Shown here: one piece after another, positions 27,796 to 37,977 of the stretch
Position numbering within the stretch: position 1 is the stretch's first letter
Layout of the letters: the number at the start of each line of letters is the position of its first letter
NCBI GenBank assembly: GCA_963841435.1
Contig: CAWJCS010000005.1
Coordinates: 1,504,001-1,568,000 of the forward strand
Length of the DNA stretch: 64,000 nt
Reading direction: 5' to 3'
Origin: an uncultured delta proteobacterium
Lineage (GTDB): Bacteria; Myxococcota_A; Polyangia; Polyangiales; Polyangiaceae
The notes under the pieces: model-generated
Databases searched by the model: none
What the model was told of the DNA's origin: nothing
Seen by the model: the letters and a program-made list of their open reading frames with translations, nothing else
Position numbers and translations under genes: made by a program

Positions 27796-28431
27796 ATGCC
27801 CCTATGCTTGCTCCTGGCTGCACCCGCGGGGAGCGACGGTCTGATCGGCAAATGGTCGCCCGGCATCGGCGATCCCAACTTCGTCGGATGGCTCACCGTG
27901 GTGGCCTACCTGTCCACCGCGGCTCTGTCGTTCGGCGTCGTGCGGCGGACTCCCCGCTTTCTCAGCGAGGCTCGGCGTGAGCGCTTTTTCTGGCTCCTGC
28001 TCGCCTGGTTGTTCGTGGCGCTCGGCATCAACAAGCAGCTCGATCTGCAGAGCGCCTTCACCGAGATCGGGCGCATGGCGGCGCGACAAGAAGGTTGGTA
28101 CGAAGAGCGCCGAGCGGTACAGCGCGAGTTCATCGTACTGGTTGGCGTTGGTGCGGCGCTCGGCGCTGCTGGGCTCCTGTTCCTGGTTCGAGGAGCGAGC
28201 ACCCATGCCCACGTGGCCGCAATCGGAACGAGCCTGGTGTTCGCTTTCGTCCTGATCCGTGCCGCGTCGTTCCACCACGTGGACGTCTTTCTCAGGGCTG
28301 CGCCGTTCGGCGTTCACGCCAACTGGGTGCTCGAGCTTTCGGGCATCGGCATCGTGCTCGCGGCCGCTGTCCGTCACTTCCGGCGCCTGCCACCGATACG
28401 CCCCACCACGCCGCCACCGCGCAAACGATAG
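27796..28431 (+). CDS. Conserved integral membrane protein of unknown function
   Basis: Five TM segments; WSPGIGDP, LGINKQLDLQ, WYEERR and RAASFHHVD. Confidence 0.75.
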   Translation: MPLCLLLAAPAGSDGLIGKWSPGIGDPNFVGWLTVVAYLSTAALSFGVVRRTPRFLSEARRERFFWLLLAWLFVALGINKQLDLQSAFTEIGRMAARQEGWYEERRAVQREFIVLVGVGAALGAAGLLFLVRGASTHAHVAAIGTSLVFAFVLIRAASFHHVDVFLRAAPFGVHANWVLELSGIGIVLAAAVRHFRRLPPIRPTTPPPRKR

Positions 28432-28537
28432 CGGCCCGGTGCGTCACGCGGGCCGGCCTTGACCGCGGCCCGCAGCAAATGAGCATATACCGCGCCGCGC
28501 ACCGGCCGCTCCTTCCCTGTGCACGAGCCAATCTCAA

Positions 28538-29311
28538 GTGACAAAGCCACTCTGTTTCGCCACCCTGCCCGCTCTCGCCACGTGCTTCTTCGCCGCTTGC
28601 GCGGGCGACGCCCCACCGCCGTCGAAGGCGCCCGAGCCTCTCCACCCGGTGGCCACCGCGATCGACACGAGCCCGATCCCGGACCCCGTCGCGAGCGTGC
28701 CGCCGAGCTGCGCGCACGGCACCAAGCCCGCCGCCGACGGGCTGATCGACGACCTCGAGGACGGCAACACCCTCGTGCAGCCGCTCGCCGGCCGCGACGG
28801 CAGTTGGTGGATGGGGAAGGCGGATCACGCGACGATCTCGATTCCATCGGGCGAGCTCCAGCCGTCGGAGGGCGGCGCGCCCGGCTCGAAGCTCGGCATG
28901 CACTTCGCCGGCAAGACGAACCCCTCCGACTCCTGGGGCGCCACGCTCGGCGTGACGTTCCTGAAGGCGGGCTTTTACGACGCGTCCAGGTACGCGGGCA
29001 TCGCCTTCAAGATCAGGTCGGCCAAGCCGAACCTCGACGTGCGCCTCAAGGTCCTCGACACGAACACGCATCCGGACGGCGGGGCCTGCGCCAAGGAGTG
29101 CTGGAACGCCTTCGGTCGGGAGCTGATCCTCGGCACCGAGTGGCGCGACGTGACGCTCATGTGGAGCGAGCTCACGCAACAGTCGGACTGGGGCGATCCA
29201 CGCCCGCCGATGGTCGAGGCATCGAAGATCAAAGACGTGGAGTGGCAGATCTGGCCCGCCACGGAATTCGACATCTGGGTCAACGACGTGCGCTTCCTCG
29301 CCTGTCAGTGA
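28538..29311 (+). CDS. Lipoprotein with galactose-binding-like (CBM11/CIA30-like) domain
   Basis: Lipobox FAAC; LIDDLEDG, YDASRYAGIAF, W..L.Q..WG and FDIWVNDVRF. Confidence 0.8.
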   Translation: MTKPLCFATLPALATCFFAACAGDAPPPSKAPEPLHPVATAIDTSPIPDPVASVPPSCAHGTKPAADGLIDDLEDGNTLVQPLAGRDGSWWMGKADHATISIPSGELQPSEGGAPGSKLGMHFAGKTNPSDSWGATLGVTFLKAGFYDASRYAGIAFKIRSAKPNLDVRLKVLDTNTHPDGGACAKECWNAFGRELILGTEWRDVTLMWSELTQQSDWGDPRPPMVEASKIKDVEWQIWPATEFDIWVNDVRFLACQ

Positions 29312-29670
29312 AGCGGCGACACCGGCGACGCGGGCGTGGTCAGGAGCTCGTCGGCGAGCCACTGGCCGAGCAGCGCGAGCGCGAGCCCCGCGGATGCTTC
29401 GGGCGAGCCGCCGTCGTCGAGCTCGGCGCAAAGTCGAGCAAGCGCGATCGGCTGCTGGAGGAGCTCGAGCGCTCGGGCCTCCATGCGGTCAACCGCGCGG
29501 TGGAAGACGCGAAACCCACGCCGCCACACGGGCAACACCTGGTCGCGCCGCTCGGTGGGCGGAGGTGTTTCGCGCCGATCGACCGCACGCCACGGCCCTT
29601 CGAGCTCGTAGTCGGAGCGCACGAGCCGGTGCGAGGGAACGAGGGACGGCACGAGGCTCGACCAACCGGG
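29305..29670 (-). pseudogene. C-terminal remnant of an HvfC/BufC (DUF2063-type) peptide-modification partner protein
   Basis: Pattern W..L...L.P...LV.S.Y...VWRRGFRVFHR...EARAL...LARLC...LGQWLADELL. N-terminal half and a partner DUF692 gene are absent. Confidence 0.5.
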
Positions 29671-29672
29671 CG

Positions 29673-30043
29673 CAGTTGATCCTCTTTTGCGACAACCAGG
29701 GTTGGTCGAGCCACACGGGCGGGGAGGGCAACGGCAGCTATCACTCGCGTGTCGTCGAGTACCACCTCGACGAGACGAAGAAGCAAGCCACGCTAACCTG
29801 GGAGTTTCCGGGGAGCTTCGAGGTCAACGCCCGGTACAAGAACGACTGGAAGACGCCAATCTGGGGCGCCGCAAATCGGCTCGCGAACGGCAACGTGCTC
29901 GTCACGGCGGGCGTGAAGGGCACGGGGCAGCACACGCGAATCTTCGAGGTGTCGCGCGCCGGCGAGGTTGTGTGGGGCATCGAATGGCCGGCTCGTACCG
30001 CGCGACACGCATCTCGCCGCCGGCCGCCGAGCCCATCCCCTGA
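29673..30043 (+). pseudogene. C-terminal remnant of an arylsulfotransferase-like beta-propeller, frameshifted near 29990
   Basis: LFCDN...SRVVEY.LD...ATLTWEF...WGAANRLANGNVLVT...IFEV...GEVVW. The terminal SYRATRI is in another frame, and there is no N-terminal half. Confidence 0.65.
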
Positions 30044-30094
30044 GCCGCCACGCTTCGGCCCGTCGCACGGCGCCTCGGCCTTGGCCAACGACCG

Positions 30095-30850
30095 TCAGTA
30101 AGCGAAAAGCGCCTCGCGGAGCTCTTTCGTCTTCGCAGGATCGCGCGAGAAGGCACACGGCACGACCTCGCGCCCTGCGTAGTACGCGCCGCTCGGTCCA
30201 GGTGCGTCGGCCGTGACGAGCCATGCGGGCGTGTCGGCGCCGCGCTCGGGGCTGTCGCTGCCGCCGAATCCGAGCGCGTTGCTCAGCTTCGAATTCACGT
30301 CGCCCGGATGACACGAGCCGATCCAAGCGCCCAGCTTGCCCAGGCGCCCCGCGAGCGCCGCAGCGAGCATGCGATCGGCTTGTTTCGACTGCCGGTACGC
30401 CGTTCCGTTGTCGTAGGGCCGCCGGCGAAACTCGAGGTCGTCGAGCTCGAGGCCGCCCGCCCAGTAGCTCGCGACGAACACCACGCGGCTCGCGCCCGAA
30501 AGAGCAAGTGCGGGCTCGAACGCGAGCACCATCCAGAGGTAGCCGAGCACGTTCGTCGCGAGCTGCCGCTCGATCCCCTCGGGCGTTTCCTCGCGCGTAC
30601 GCGGACATTGTGCCGCGTTGTTCACGAGCGCGTGCACGGGGCCGTCAACGGCGCGGGCCAGCCGCTCGATGGAGGCACGCCGCGAAAGGTCCACTTCGAG
30701 CACCCTGCCGGGAAGCTTCCTTTCGCGCGAGGCGTCGCGCACCGGCAAGATGAGCTCCCAACCCTCGGCGGCCAGACGCCGTGCGATGGCGCCTCCGATC
30801 GCCCCGGTCGCGCCCGTGACGACTGCGCGCTTCACGGGCCCGCTGCCCAC
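30095..30850 (-). CDS. Short-chain dehydrogenase/reductase (retinol dehydrogenase-like)
   Basis: VVTGATGAIG, LVNNAA, YRQSK and HPGDV. Start may be GTG 30835. Confidence 0.9.
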   Translation of the reverse strand: MGSGPVKRAVVTGATGAIGGAIARRLAAEGWELILPVRDASRERKLPGRVLEVDLSRRASIERLARAVDGPVHALVNNAAQCPRTREETPEGIERQLATNVLGYLWMVLAFEPALALSGASRVVFVASYWAGGLELDDLEFRRRPYDNGTAYRQSKQADRMLAAALAGRLGKLGAWIGSCHPGDVNSKLSNALGFGGSDSPERGADTPAWLVTADAPGPSGAYYAGREVVPCAFSRDPAKTKELREALFAY

Positions 30851-31731
30851 TCGATCGCGCCCGCAACGTGGTCGAGGAACGGTTGCTCGGAGTAGCTTTC
30901 CGGAGTGTGGCCGAGCGCGGTGTAGAAGGCCCGCCCGCCTTCCAGCTCGTGGTACCAGGCGATCGGGTGATCGGCGCCCATCGCGGCGTCGCCGGGCGCG
31001 TAACTCGTTTCATCGAGCGCGAGGAGCACCGTGACGTTCGCGCGTGGGTTCGTCTGAAACGCGTACCACTCGTCGGTGCGCATCCAGGGAGCGGGTAAGA
31101 GCTCGGTGGACGGGTGCGAGCGATCCTCGACGTGCACGCTGGCCGGCTGGACTGTTGAGTGGACCCTGAAATAGGCGCCCACGAGCGCGCCGTAGAAGGG
31201 CCAGTCGTACTCGGTGTCCGATGCCGAATGGATGCCGACGAAGCCGTTGCCCGCCCGAATGAAACGCTCGAACGCGACCTGCTCGGTGTCGTCGAGCACG
31301 TCACCCGTCGTCAAGAGAAAGACGATCACGTTGAAGGGCGCGAGCCCAGCATCGGAAAAGATCGCGGCGTCCTCGGTCTCGAGCACGTCCCAACCACGCG
31401 CGGTACCGAGGGAAGCGAGCGCCGGCAGGCCCTGATCGATCGAGGCGTGGCGGTAACCGATCGTGCGGGAGAACACGAGGACCACCGGGTCGCGCCCGCC
31501 GGCCTCGCCCCCGGCCGGCAATCCCGCGCCGCCCGTCGCGCCCCCCGCGAGCCCAACGCCCCCGTCACCGCTCGTCACCCCTTCGCCGGCCGTGCCGCCG
31601 CCACCCGCCGCGCCGGCCTCACCGGAGGCGCCGCCGGACCCGTTGCTGCTGGCCTCTTCGGTGCACGCCCCGAAGAGCGCGATGGCGACCACACAGAGCG
31701 CGCGATCCCGGCGGGGCGAGCGTTCGCTCAC
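30832..31731 (-). CDS. ThuA-domain lipoprotein
   Basis: Lipobox FGAC and Gly-rich linker; VLVFSRTIGYRHASI, GFVGIHSASDTEY, DEWY and RAFYTALGH. GTG overlaps the usp stop. Confidence 0.9.
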   Translation of the reverse strand: MSERSPRRDRALCVVAIALFGACTEEASSNGSGGASGEAGAAGGGGTAGEGVTSGDGGVGLAGGATGGAGLPAGGEAGGRDPVVLVFSRTIGYRHASIDQGLPALASLGTARGWDVLETEDAAIFSDAGLAPFNVIVFLLTTGDVLDDTEQVAFERFIRAGNGFVGIHSASDTEYDWPFYGALVGAYFRVHSTVQPASVHVEDRSHPSTELLPAPWMRTDEWYAFQTNPRANVTVLLALDETSYAPGDAAMGADHPIAWYHELEGGRAFYTALGHTPESYSEQPFLDHVAGAIEWAAGP

Positions 31732-32174
31732 GGCGGCTCGGGCCGGCTCGGCACGACGAGCACGGGCGCGCGCGAGCGTCGCAGCACGCCCTCCGTCACG
31801 CTGCCAGCGAGGAGCTGGAAAAGCGCGCCGTGCCCATGCGACCCGACCACGACGAGGCCCGCGTCGAAACGGCGCGCGTGGTCCAGGATCGTCTGGACCG
31901 TCGGTCCTTGCACCATGAGCGGCTTGACGACGACGCCCGCCGCCGAAAAACGCTCGGCGACGGCCGCGAGAGAGCGGTGCTCGTCGCGAAGCCCCTTCGC
32001 AACGTCGTCGCGAACCGTCGGCGGCCCCGCCTCGTACCCGACGAAGTCGGGCTCGGGCGCCGCGACGTGGAGCAGCCGCACCTCGGCGCCCTGCGCGCGG
32101 GCCATGACGATGCCCTGTTCGGCGACGGCGTCCGTCGCGTCCGAGAAGTCGACGCAAACCAAGATGTGCTTCAC
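31728..32174 (-). CDS. Universal stress protein
   Basis: ILVCVDFS, VVVGSHG, GSVTEGVL and PVLVVP. Confidence 0.93.
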   Translation of the reverse strand: MKHILVCVDFSDATDAVAEQGIVMARAQGAEVRLLHVAAPEPDFVGYEAGPPTVRDDVAKGLRDEHRSLAAVAERFSAAGVVVKPLMVQGPTVQTILDHARRFDAGLVVVGSHGHGALFQLLAGSVTEGVLRRSRAPVLVVPSRPEPP

Positions 32175-32344
32175 CCGCTCACCCGTCTTTCTGGCGTAGG
32201 ACGAAACGGCTCGAGCTCGCGGGGATCGCCCCTCGGTGGCTCATGACCCATACGATAAGCTCGCTCGGGCCATGCGTCGAATGGCCGACTCCGTCGCCCG
32301 CCGAGCGCCTCGCACGCCGCGTGGGCGTGCGCTAGGGTCGGCCC

Positions 32345-32842
32345 ATGCTCGGCAGTGGCGCGGCGCGCGCCTGCGCATGGCTGCTCATCGGACTTTTGGG
32401 GCTCGGGGGATGCGCGCCCGCCGCAGGCGCTGAACCTCGGGCGGGACGCACGGAGGCGGCGACCTGGACGGCCGAGTACACGGGTCGTGACACGCTCGTG
32501 CTGTCAATCGAGGCGCTGCCGGCACGCCGCGAGAACGACGACCATGCGTCGCTCGTCGTGGCGGGGCTTTCCAAGGGGCTCTTGCGCCTTTCTCTCGTTG
32601 ACGGCAAGAGCGGCGCGCCGGTGTGCACTTTGGTCGCCCGCGCACTCGGCAGCGACGCCACGGTGGAGCCGAACCAGCTCTGCTTCGACGGAGCGGCGAT
32701 GCGGATCCTCGTTCGATCCGGGAAGGCGGTCTCACGAGGCGCGAATCTACACTTCGAGCTCTTCGGCCTCGTCGAGCTCGAGCAGCAGGACGTGCTCGCC
32801 GACGGTACCCTCACGTACGCCTTCGAGGGCACGCGACGCTAG
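32345..32842 (+). CDS. Hypothetical lipoprotein
   Basis: Lipobox LGGC, beta-rich mature part and coding-like composition. Confidence 0.6.
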   Translation: MLGSGAARACAWLLIGLLGLGGCAPAAGAEPRAGRTEAATWTAEYTGRDTLVLSIEALPARRENDDHASLVVAGLSKGLLRLSLVDGKSGAPVCTLVARALGSDATVEPNQLCFDGAAMRILVRSGKAVSRGANLHFELFGLVELEQQDVLADGTLTYAFEGTRR

Positions 32843-32912
32843 ACCCGCGCCGCCACGCGCGTCGAGGGCCGTCGCGCGGGGGACGCCTCGCGACACCGAA
32901 GCTCGGGTTCGA

Positions 32913-34067
32913 TCAGCTCGCTCGCTCGAGGATTCGAAAAAGAGCGTCCTCGCCGAGCGTCACCGGATTGCCCTTCATGCTGCTCGACACGCGCGCTCGC
33001 TCGACGAGATCGGACGCCATTTTCGCAGAAAACCCATAGCTCGAGAGCCGCGGGATCGCGAGTGCCTCGACGAGCTCGCGCACCCAGAGCACGCCGGCCT
33101 CGGGGACGGCGTTCGCGTCGCCCGTGAGCACAATCGCGACCGTGGCGTAGCGCTCTACAACGTCGCGGAGCGATGCCGCGCGTGCCTCTGCCAAGTTCGC
33201 TTCCATCACCTCGGGCAGCAGGCGCGCACACAGTGCCCCGTGCGCCGCGTGCAGCGCGCCACCCAGCGGCCCAGCGAAGCCATGCACGGCGCCGAGCTTG
33301 GCGTTCGCGAGACAAAGACCTCCGAACAGGCTCGCTAGCGCCAGGTCTTCGCGAGCGTCGGCGTCCGATCCGTCCGCACACGCTCGAGCGAGGGAGCGTG
33401 CAGCTCGCCGCATGCCTTCCAGCGCGAGCGCGTCCGTGAGCGGCCCGCGCGCATTCGACACGTACGGCTCCATCACCTGCGTGAGCGCATCGAGCCCGGT
33501 CGCTGCCGTGACGGATGGCGGCACGCCGTGCGTGAGCTCGGAATCGACGAGCGCGAGGCGCGGCAGCATGAAAAGGCTGCGCAAGCTCACCTTGACGCGC
33601 TCCGATTCCACCGCAAGCACGGCATTTTTCGTCACTTCCGCGCCCGTCCCCGCCGTCGTTGGCACGAGCAGGCACGGCAAGCTCGCGCGCGATAGCGGGC
33701 GGCCGCGCCCGACGACCTCGAGGTAGTCGAGCGGTTCACCGGGATTGGTCGTCAGCGCGGCGACTGCCTTCGCAGCGTCGAGCGCGCTTCCGCCGCCGAA
33801 GCCGATCACGAGGTCGACCCCCGCGGCCCTCGCAGCGCTCACGCCGCGCTCGATCTCGCCCGTGGTCGGTTCGCTGGCCACCGCCATGGTCGAGACCACG
33901 ACGGCGTGGCAGCCACTTCGCTCGAGCGACGGCAGGACGCGCTCGGGGTGCGCGCCCGTCACGAGCAGCGCTCGGCTGCCGAGGCCCGCCGCACGCTTGC
34001 CGAGCTCGGCGACGCGCCCTCGCCCGAAGACGACTTCCGTCGCCGTGGCGAACTCGAACGAGCTCAC
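32913..34067 (-). CDS. Iron-containing alcohol dehydrogenase
   Basis: [34 protein letters not shown] and HGALC. GTG 34067 overlaps the upstream stop. Confidence 0.93.
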   Translation of the reverse strand: MSSFEFATATEVVFGRGRVAELGKRAAGLGSRALLVTGAHPERVLPSLERSGCHAVVVSTMAVASEPTTGEIERGVSAARAAGVDLVIGFGGGSALDAAKAVAALTTNPGEPLDYLEVVGRGRPLSRASLPCLLVPTTAGTGAEVTKNAVLAVESERVKVSLRSLFMLPRLALVDSELTHGVPPSVTAATGLDALTQVMEPYVSNARGPLTDALALEGMRRAARSLARACADGSDADAREDLALASLFGGLCLANAKLGAVHGFAGPLGGALHAAHGALCARLLPEVMEANLAEARAASLRDVVERYATVAIVLTGDANAVPEAGVLWVRELVEALAIPRLSSYGFSAKMASDLVERARVSSSMKGNPVTLGEDALFRILERAS

Positions 34068-34390
34068 GCGGCCCCGGGAGGCGTTTCGAAGCGGGCGGGC
34101 TCGGGAAAGAGGGCGGCGTACCTGATGCTCGTGCGTGGCGCAGCCATGAGCGGTGCGACGATATCCCGCCACTTGGCGTAGTGCGCCGTTTCCTTGTGGC
34201 GGGCGGGCGCGCGTTCGTCGCGATAGATTTCGACCAGCAAGAAGCGCGTGGGGTCGTCGAGCTGCTCGATGATGTCGAAGCGGACGACGCCGGGCTCCGC
34301 GAGGCTCGCCGCGGCGTTCTCGAGCGTCGCGTGCTTGAACTCACTCACGCCGTCGGCCGTGACGTGAACGTGGACGTGGACGATTAGCAT
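34064..34390 (-). CDS. ABM-fold protein (LsrG/putative quinol monooxygenase-like)
   Basis: [15 protein letters not shown] and [11 protein letters not shown]. Confidence 0.88.
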   Translation of the reverse strand: MLIVHVHVHVTADGVSEFKHATLENAAASLAEPGVVRFDIIEQLDDPTRFLLVEIYRDERAPARHKETAHYAKWRDIVAPLMAAPRTSIRYAALFPEPARFETPPGAA

Positions 34391-34493
34391 GGGACAGCAA
34401 TCCTATCCCCATGCGCTCACGTGTCGGAAGGGGGCGGTCGAGTGGCGTACGGCTGGCGCGCAACCCCACGCGACGACGCGACGGCGGGCCTGC

Positions 34494-35363
34494 TCAGAAG
34501 CGGCCGCTCAGCGTGAAGAGCCCCTGGCGCGGGCCGAGCGAAACGTCCGCCTTGACGTTCGAGCCACGCACGGGTGCCGCGCTGTCCTGGTCGCGTGTGA
34601 GAAACAAATAGGCCGCCGTACCGAGGGAGACCACCGCGACCCCGAGCGAGATGTCGGCAACGAGGAGCTCCCGGCGGATGGGTGCCACTTGCCCCTCGGA
34701 GCAGCTCTTGTCGCGTCCGCAGGTACCCTCGAGATCGGCCGCCTCGGAACGACCTTTGATGGCGAAGTAACTGAAGCTCGCGATCCCGAGCAGTCCGACA
34801 CCCGCGAGCACGAAGGACGCCACGGGCACGCCCTTACCCGCGTGCTCATGGGCCGATACGGGCAGCTCCTGGCCCGGCGGCGCGACCGGCGGCGCTACGG
34901 CGAGCGCCACGACGATGGGCCGGCCCTTCTCACCCTCGCGAATCACCACCTGCTGCTCGACGGGCTCTGCGCCCGCGGTCGCGAAGCGAAACACGCGGAT
35001 GCCCGGATCGAGCGGCAGTGCGAGACCGTCGAGCCGATCGGTGAGCGTGTTGCCGTCAACCGTGACGTGCACGTCGATGAGGTCCGCGCCTGCCGCGTCA
35101 CGCGCCTCGATCACGACGGTGGGCAAGAGCTTGTCGACCTCGGAGAGCCAGAAAGCGCAGTCGTTGCGCACGACGCTCGGGCAACCGGCCTGCGCGCATT
35201 CCAGCAAGCCCTCGCGCGCCGCGAGTAAGCGGTGCGCCGAGCGGTCCGTTTGTGCGTCCTCAGCAGCCTTGACGCAGGCAACAACGTCCTCGCCCGCCAG
35301 GGCAAGACTCGGTGCAAGAAACCCCGCGAGGGCGACGGCCGCCGCCGCGAGGCGCCTCAGCAT
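34494..35363 (-). CDS. Secreted protein with Cys-containing helical N-domain, PEGA-like domain and C-terminal beta-signal-like end
   Basis: Signal peptide ending ALA; C...C...CP...DC..W pattern; VTVDG...LDPG PEGA-like segment; hydrophobic hairpin; ends TLSGRF. Confidence 0.75.
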   Translation of the reverse strand: MLRRLAAAAVALAGFLAPSLALAGEDVVACVKAAEDAQTDRSAHRLLAAREGLLECAQAGCPSVVRNDCAFWLSEVDKLLPTVVIEARDAAGADLIDVHVTVDGNTLTDRLDGLALPLDPGIRVFRFATAGAEPVEQQVVIREGEKGRPIVVALAVAPPVAPPGQELPVSAHEHAGKGVPVASFVLAGVGLLGIASFSYFAIKGRSEAADLEGTCGRDKSCSEGQVAPIRRELLVADISLGVAVVSLGTAAYLFLTRDQDSAAPVRGSNVKADVSLGPRQGLFTLSGRF

Positions 35364-35376
35364 TCAGACTCCGGCA

Positions 35377-36864
35377 TCACAGACACTCCATCTTATAACG
35401 GCGGTGTCCGGCCTCGTCGATCGTGTAGGGGGGCTCGCAATTTTTCTTGGTTTTGCCGCCGGGCTTTCGGGAAATCGAGCTCGGCGAGGAAGGCGGCGTC
35501 GCTTCGGCCTCGCCATCCGGTTGCGGCGAGCGGCTTGGCGTCCCCGCCGCCGGGGCAAGGGAGCTCGGTTCGGCAGCAGCAGCGGCAGCCGCCGCGGGCA
35601 CGGGGATGCTCGGCGCGACGGCCACGGGCGAAGGCGAAACGGGCCGGCTCGGCGGCTCGGCGGCTCGGAAGACGAGGAAAGCGGTCGTGACGAGGAAGCC
35701 GACGACCAGTGCGACGAGCGCCACGGCGACGCGGCGGCGTCGGTTGGGATTGAAGTCGACCGAGTCCGCCTCGAGGGCCTCGATCGACCGGTCACTTTGG
35801 CTCGGTCCGGTGCGAAGCTCGACGGCGGTCGGCTCCTCCGACCCAGCAAGCAGCCGCGGGGGGCGTGAGGACGAGCCCACCGAGACGAGATCCTGAATCT
35901 GCTCGATCTCCGAGATGGCGCGCGCGCGCGTTGCGAGCGCGCCACCCACCATCTTTTCGACCCACTCTCCCACGCGAAGCGGCGTGGCGAGCGGGGTCGC
36001 GGCCTCGAGAGCCCTTGCCATTTCGCGAGCCGTCGCGAAGCGCTCGGCAGGTTCGCGCTTTAGCCCTTTGAGCACGACCGCGTCGAGCTCGGGGGCGAGG
36101 CCCGGGACGACGGAGCTCGGCGGCAGGATCTCGGCGCTCAGGACGCGCGCGACGGTCGCGGCCTCGCTATCGGCGAGAAACAGGCGCTTGCCGGTGAGCG
36201 CTTCCCACAGCACGACGGCGGCGGCGTACACGTCGGCCTTGCGATCGGCGGCGCCGAGCTGCAGCTGCTCGGGAGCAATGTAGGCCATCTTGCCGCGCAC
36301 CTGACCCTCACGGGTGATCTGCGCCCGACCCGCAGCCTTCGCGATCCCGAAGTCCAAAACGCGGGCGATGCCATCCACACCCACGAGAATGTTCTGGGGC
36401 GAAACGTCGCGATGCACGATGCCGAGCGGCTCGCCACGCTCGTTCTTCGCTTCGTGGGCGGCGTGCAGACCGTGCAACACGGCCACCAGGATGGCCGAGA
36501 CCACGTCGAGCGGCGGCGCCTCGTTCGCTTCCCGAGCCGCGTAGAGCAACCTAGCGAACGACTCGCCCAGAAAATACTCCATCACGAGAAACAGCTCGCC
36601 CTGTGACGCCACGACGTCGAGGGTCGGGACCACGTTCGGATGCTGGATGCGAGCGGCGAGGCGCGCCTCGTCGAGAAACATCGTCACGAACTCGGGGTCG
36701 CGGGCGAACTGAGGGTGCAGCCGCTTGATGGCGACGGTCCGGGCGAAGCCGGCGGGACCGAGCAATCGCCCCACGTGCACCGAGGCCATACCGCCGGCCG
36801 CGATCTCGTCGAAGAGCGCGTAACGACCGATGACTCTCGGTCCCTGAACCGACGCGACTGCCAC
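35377..36864 (-). CDS. Membrane-anchored Hanks-type Ser/Thr protein kinase
   Basis: IAAGGMASV, VAIK, HRDVSPQN, DFG, YIAPE and DVY; one TM helix and a Pro/Ala-rich tail. Confidence 0.95.
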   Translation of the reverse strand: MAVASVQGPRVIGRYALFDEIAAGGMASVHVGRLLGPAGFARTVAIKRLHPQFARDPEFVTMFLDEARLAARIQHPNVVPTLDVVASQGELFLVMEYFLGESFARLLYAAREANEAPPLDVVSAILVAVLHGLHAAHEAKNERGEPLGIVHRDVSPQNILVGVDGIARVLDFGIAKAAGRAQITREGQVRGKMAYIAPEQLQLGAADRKADVYAAAVVLWEALTGKRLFLADSEAATVARVLSAEILPPSSVVPGLAPELDAVVLKGLKREPAERFATAREMARALEAATPLATPLRVGEWVEKMVGGALATRARAISEIEQIQDLVSVGSSSRPPRLLAGSEEPTAVELRTGPSQSDRSIEALEADSVDFNPNRRRRVAVALVALVVGFLVTTAFLVFRAAEPPSRPVSPSPVAVAPSIPVPAAAAAAAAEPSSLAPAAGTPSRSPQPDGEAEATPPSSPSSISRKPGGKTKKNCEPPYTIDEAGHRRYKMECL

Positions 36865-37163
36865 GGCGGGTCATGGTACGCGAGCTTGTCGGTCCGAGCA
36901 CGCCCCCGGAATTGCCCAAAAAACAGCCGGACCGGAGCAAGCACGGGCTCGTGGGGGCGAGGTCGCGCGCACTCGCGCCCACAGTTGCTCACCCGCGGCA
37001 TCAACGGCGGGCCGCGCGCAGCAAGCGTTCAGGCCATGCCCCGAGGGCGTGCATCGCGTAGAATGATAGAGACCGGCCACGTTGTCGCAGCGACGGTGCG
37101 CCGGTAAAAAGCACGTTGGTCAAACGGCATCCGAAGCATGACGGGGAGCCGCCGCGTCGGGGG

Positions 37164-37941
37164 GTGCGGCATCTCGACCGAGCGAGAGCGAGCGCGATCT
37201 CGGTGCTCGGCGTTGCGACCGCCTGCTCGCTCGTCACACCCCTCGACTTCGTCGGCGGCACGGGGGCGGCGGGCGCCCGGAGCGGCCCGCTCGGCGGGAG
37301 CGGGGGCATTGCCATCGGGCACGGGCGGTACTTTTCTCGAGGGCGGCGAGGCCGGGGCCAACGAGGGCGAAAACGGTGGGCTGAGCGGCACGGCGGGAGA
37401 CGCAATGGGCGGGAGCAGCGGCGCGGGCGCGGGCGGCGCGGGCACGGGCGGCGGAGGAGCAGCGGGCGCAGGACAAACTAGCCGCGGTGGCGACGCCGGG
37501 ACGAGCGGTAGCGCCGGCGCTTCGGGCCAGGGCGGGTGCCCCAGCGTGGATCTCCAGTCCGATCCCGAGCACTGCGGCGCGTGCAACACCGCTTGCTCCT
37601 CGACCGAGGATTGCATCGGCGGAAAGTGCATCGGCTCGCCGTGCGACGAGCTCTGCGGGACCTTCGTGACCGTGAGTGAGAGCGCCGACGGATTTCGGAT
37701 GGACGACATCGGCACGAGCGAACAGTGCTTCGAGGTCATCGGATACACGCGCCCCACGGGCACTCCGAGCCTCATTTGCTGGAACTTCGACGTGGGACGA
37801 ACGCTCCAGGTGAACGGCGAGGCCGCGACGTGCACCACCGAGCCCGGCTTCCCCGTGGGCTCTCCGCGGGCCGGCGGCTATTGCATCAAAGTCGGCGCCG
37901 GAAACTGGTCGTACGCGGGCTTCAAGCTGCCCCTGCCGTGA
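37164..37941 (+). CDS. Gly-rich/Cys-rich lipoprotein (Stig1/MXAN_6577-like module); probable +1 frameshift near 37314
   Basis: Lipoprotein leader VLGVATAC is in the frame of ORF 37116. The Gly linker and DPEHCGACNTAC...C...C module are in the frame of ORF 37138. Confidence 0.65.
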
Positions 37942-37977
37942 GGGGCTGGGTGCAACGCCCGGGCGAGACCGGGCGCG

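Noticed and set aside
34064-34390. AI-2 quorum-sensing (lsr) locus suggested by the LsrG-like protein
   Set aside because: No lsrK, lsrR, lsrF or lsrACDB nearby. An ABM-fold protein next to an Fe-ADH is not enough to call it.
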